Source: Caedimonas varicaedens
Lineage (GTDB): Bacteria > Pseudomonadota > Alphaproteobacteria > Caedimonadales > Caedimonadaceae
Assembly (NCBI GenBank): GCA_001192655.1
Contig: BBVC01000048.1
Span: 1-5,844, forward strand
Direction of reading: 5' to 3'
DNA: 5,844 nucleotides
Part shown: positions 3,637 to 5,844 of the stretch, in pieces
Layout: each line of letters starts with the position of its first letter
Numbering within the stretch: position 1 is the first letter of the stretch
Translations under genes and position numbers: made by a program
Notes under the pieces: model-generated
What the model saw: the letters and a program-made list of their open reading frames with translations, nothing else
Database searches by the model: none
Told to the model about the DNA's origin: nothing

Positions 3637-5145
3637 GTGAGCAATTTCAAAACAGCCTGCAAAACGCTATCCTCTATCAACCTCGTCACTCTTCAGGAGA
3701 AAAATGGGGAAGGATTGTCTATTCCGCTTCGTACATTGAACAAAGAGTGGCAAGCCTCTGTCCAGGCATTACAGACAGTGATGCAAGCTCCTCTTGAAAT
3801 CTGCTTTGCGGCCCTTTTTTCAAGCATCAATCATGCCGTGCAGTCGTTAGTCAACATCAAACTTCCCCAAGGTCAGGTTAAACCTGTTTCATGCTTTTTC
3901 ATCAGCATTGCGGATTCAGGAGAGCGCAAAACCAGTGCTGATGACATCGCTTTAAAAGCCACAGCGCAATACCAACAGGTCATGCTTAAAAAATACGCAG
4001 AACAGAAAAAAGGGTACAGAGACAAGAAAGGTGTTTATGATGAAGAGAAGAAGAGCTTTTTTCAGGATAAGGGCTTTAAAAAACTCTCTCCTCAGGAAAA
4101 GCGGGACAGATTGAATCAACTTCATGAACCTGAAGCGCCACGCTATCCTATCCTGGTCACATCTGATCCTACTATGGAAGGCCTGATCAAACTCTTTTAT
4201 GACGGCTTCCCTTTTGTCATGCTCTCTACGTCAGAAGGCGGAGAGTTTTTTGGCAGTCATGCCAATAATAAAGAGAATCATCTTAAAACCCTTGCACGAC
4301 TCTCCCGTCTCTGGGATGGAGCTCCTGTAGAGCAGGTCAGAAAAGACAGTGAATTACTCTTTCTTAAAGACCAAAGGTTGAATCTTCACATCAGCGTTCA
4401 GCCCAGCGTGTTTAAGAGTTTTATGGAACGAGGCATTGCAGAAGGTCAGGGCTTTATATCTCGCATACTTCTCTCTTCTCCCAAACCCCTTGCAGGAACG
4501 AGACCCTGGATTGAACCTGAACATGCTGAACACTCTTTGAAAACACTGGACGTATTCTATAAAAGAGTTCTTTCTCTTTATGAACGGATTGAATTCAACA
4601 AGGCTGATCCCACAGGAGAAAGCCTCGCAGGGGATCCTTCTTCAGGATTGAAATTAAAGGAGATGACATGGTCTTCTTCTAAAAGCCGTGCCATCTTAAA
4701 GAAATTTTATGAATACGGAGAAAGTCGTCTAAGCTTGGGTGGAATCTTTCACGAGGTGAAGGATTTCGTCAGCAAATCTCAAGAAAATGTTTTGCGGATC
4801 GCAGCGACTCTGACCCTTTACAAGAATCCGGAGACCACAGAAATCACCCTTGAAAACATACACATCGCTATTGATCTGGTCAATTTCTACATCAGCGAAC
4901 ACCTTTATCTCAGAAAGAACAGCAGAGCTTCCGATGAAGAAAAATTACTGACCTGGCTATATGCAAAATATCCTGATGGTGTATTTGAGAGAGCAGCCCT
5001 CATGCGTGGTGGACCCTATGAATTTAGAAAAACTCCTGTCCTTGACCCTTTGCTGGAGAGGCTTGCAAAGCTTAGGTATATCAAGTCTCTCGGTAAGGGC
5101 ATTTTCTGTCTGGTAGATCTGCCTTCTATAGTAAAGAAGGAATAG
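3637..5145 (+). CDS. DUF3987 / YfjI-family protein (island or satellite replication-associated, P-loop-like NTPase fold with degenerate motifs)
   Basis: A 502-codon ORF starting at GTG 3637, the first start codon after an in-frame TGA at 3634-3636. Family landmarks are present. One is a Walker-A-like ADSGERKT (nt 3910-3933, checked). This is followed by a Lys/Glu-rich insert, then ILVTSDPTMEGLIKLF (SDPTMEGL at 4162-4185) and VMLSTSEGGEFFG (LSTSEGGEFFG at nt 4222-4254). These correspond to the D.T.E.L and DE.G..F blocks of DUF3987 proteins. The C-terminal ~90 aa look like a winged-helix domain. The start codon is uncertain (see findings). Confidence 0.85.
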   Translation: MSNFKTACKTLSSINLVTLQEKNGEGLSIPLRTLNKEWQASVQALQTVMQAPLEICFAALFSSINHAVQSLVNIKLPQGQVKPVSCFFISIADSGERKTSADDIALKATAQYQQVMLKKYAEQKKGYRDKKGVYDEEKKSFFQDKGFKKLSPQEKRDRLNQLHEPEAPRYPILVTSDPTMEGLIKLFYDGFPFVMLSTSEGGEFFGSHANNKENHLKTLARLSRLWDGAPVEQVRKDSELLFLKDQRLNLHISVQPSVFKSFMERGIAEGQGFISRILLSSPKPLAGTRPWIEPEHAEHSLKTLDVFYKRVLSLYERIEFNKADPTGESLAGDPSSGLKLKEMTWSSSKSRAILKKFYEYGESRLSLGGIFHEVKDFVSKSQENVLRIAATLTLYKNPETTEITLENIHIAIDLVNFYISEHLYLRKNSRASDEEKLLTWLYAKYPDGVFERAALMRGGPYEFRKTPVLDPLLERLAKLRYIKSLGKGIFCLVDLPSIVKKE

Positions 5146-5184
5146 AAGAATGGGATAAATTCTATAATTTGAAGATTTATTGTA

Positions 5185-5844
5185 TTATTCGTTCAGCTTT
5201 GTTTTCAGATAATCGCCCAAGATTTTAATTCGTTTGAGAGGTTCAAATTGTTTTGGATAGATGTAACAGATATCTAATGTAGGATTAGGAATATCAGGCA
5301 AAATCCGGATCAAGTTTCCTTGTTTGAGGGCAGGGTGATCTTTAGGTGCGGCAATGATGCCGAGATTTTCTGCCGCAAGCTGAATTCTTGCAGTCACAGA
5401 ATTGATCTCTATTAAAAGTTTTCCCTTCTCTGGAGTCTTTGTTGTTTCAAAAGAAGCAATATCAGGGAAAAGAGAGGTGGTGACTTTGGAACCAATCAGT
5501 TGATGATTCTTCAAGTCTTCCAGGTTTTGAGGAATGCCGGATTGATCAAGATACGCTTGACTCGCATATAAACCATAAGTGATGGTCGCAAGAGGATGCT
5601 GGATCAAATCTTCTCTCTCTTTGATGAAAGGATAGATCAACACATTCCCTTCAGACACGTCAAAAGCAGAGATATGACCCGTTTCTTTAATATATAAGTT
5701 TATAGCAGGGTACTCTTTAATAAAGCCTGAGAGAGAATTAATCAGAGAGGAAGAACAAAGTTCAGGAGATAGTGCCACTTTTAACGTTCCCTGAAGACGA
5801 TTATCTTCATTCATAATCTCTTTCACCTGCTGTGTCAACATCGG
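5185..5844 (-). CDS. LysR-family transcriptional regulator, C-terminal substrate-binding domain (the N-terminal HTH lies beyond the right edge)
   Basis: There are 219 open codons to the window edge. The ATG at 5841 is internal, because the upstream codon 5844-5842 is also open. The pattern L.G.L.V.......L...L..F...YP.I.L...........D......D..I is followed by ...L.....YG.YAS..YL...G.P....DL..H.LI, which is typical of the LysR_substrate domain. The stop is TAA at 5187-5185. Confidence 0.85.
   Translation of the reverse strand, partial: PMLTQQVKEIMNEDNRLQGTLKVALSPELCSSSLINSLSGFIKEYPAINLYIKETGHISAFDVSEGNVLIYPFIKEREDLIQHPLATITYGLYASQAYLDQSGIPQNLEDLKNHQLIGSKVTTSLFPDIASFETTKTPEKGKLLIEINSVTARIQLAAENLGIIAAPKDHPALKQGNLIRILPDIPNPTLDICYIYPKQFEPLKRIKILGDYLKTKLNE

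Noticed and set aside
3600-3797. A 65-aa ORF overlapping the 5' end of the DUF3987 gene, considered as an independent gene.
   Set aside because: It lies almost entirely inside the DUF3987 reading frame region and has no recognisable domain. I do not call it a gene, but its ATG at 3633 is discussed in the start-site finding.
1-5844. A search for tRNA/tmRNA genes, rRNA, CRISPR repeats and att-type direct repeats.
   Set aside because: There is no T-loop-like GGTTCGAATCC or its complement outside coding sequence. The ggttcg at ~1045 and ggttcaaat at ~5235 lie inside CDSs with no cloverleaf context. I found no regularly spaced repeats and no long direct repeat shared between the candidate island edges. 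The only shared strings are 7-mers such as aaattct, which are trivial in AT-rich DNA.

Overview
This is a mosaic accessory locus, AT-rich overall with one GC-richer block.

- **Left 2.3 kb, minus strand:** a translationally coupled three-gene cassette. It runs from a small excisionase-type HTH protein to HsdM (type I RM methyltransferase, closest in my recollection to the EcoR124I / type IC family) to HsdS. Only the first target-recognition domain of HsdS is present, because the gene runs off the left edge. Both gene junctions are ATGA stop/start overlaps. No HsdR lies in the window.
- **Centre:** AT-rich non-coding DNA interrupted by a ~540-bp internally deleted IS1380-family element. It keeps both terminal inverted repeats and the first and last parts of its transposase gene.
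- **Right of the IS, plus strand:** a second excisionase/AlpA-type HTH gene followed by a 502-codon DUF3987/YfjI-like protein. This pair is typical of P4-like / CP4-57-like integrative islands and phage satellites.
- **Right edge, minus strand:** the C-terminal ~220 codons of a LysR-family regulator, convergent with the DUF3987 gene. It may be flanking chromosomal DNA.

I found no rRNA, tRNA or CRISPR array. The best candidate for something new is the divergent two-module arrangement, HTH-hsdM-hsdS on one side and HTH-DUF3987 on the other. The two modules share a ~520-bp control region that the IS remnant has split. This looks like a defence cargo attached to an island or satellite replication/excision module. 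All homology statements come from motif recognition by eye and need database confirmation.
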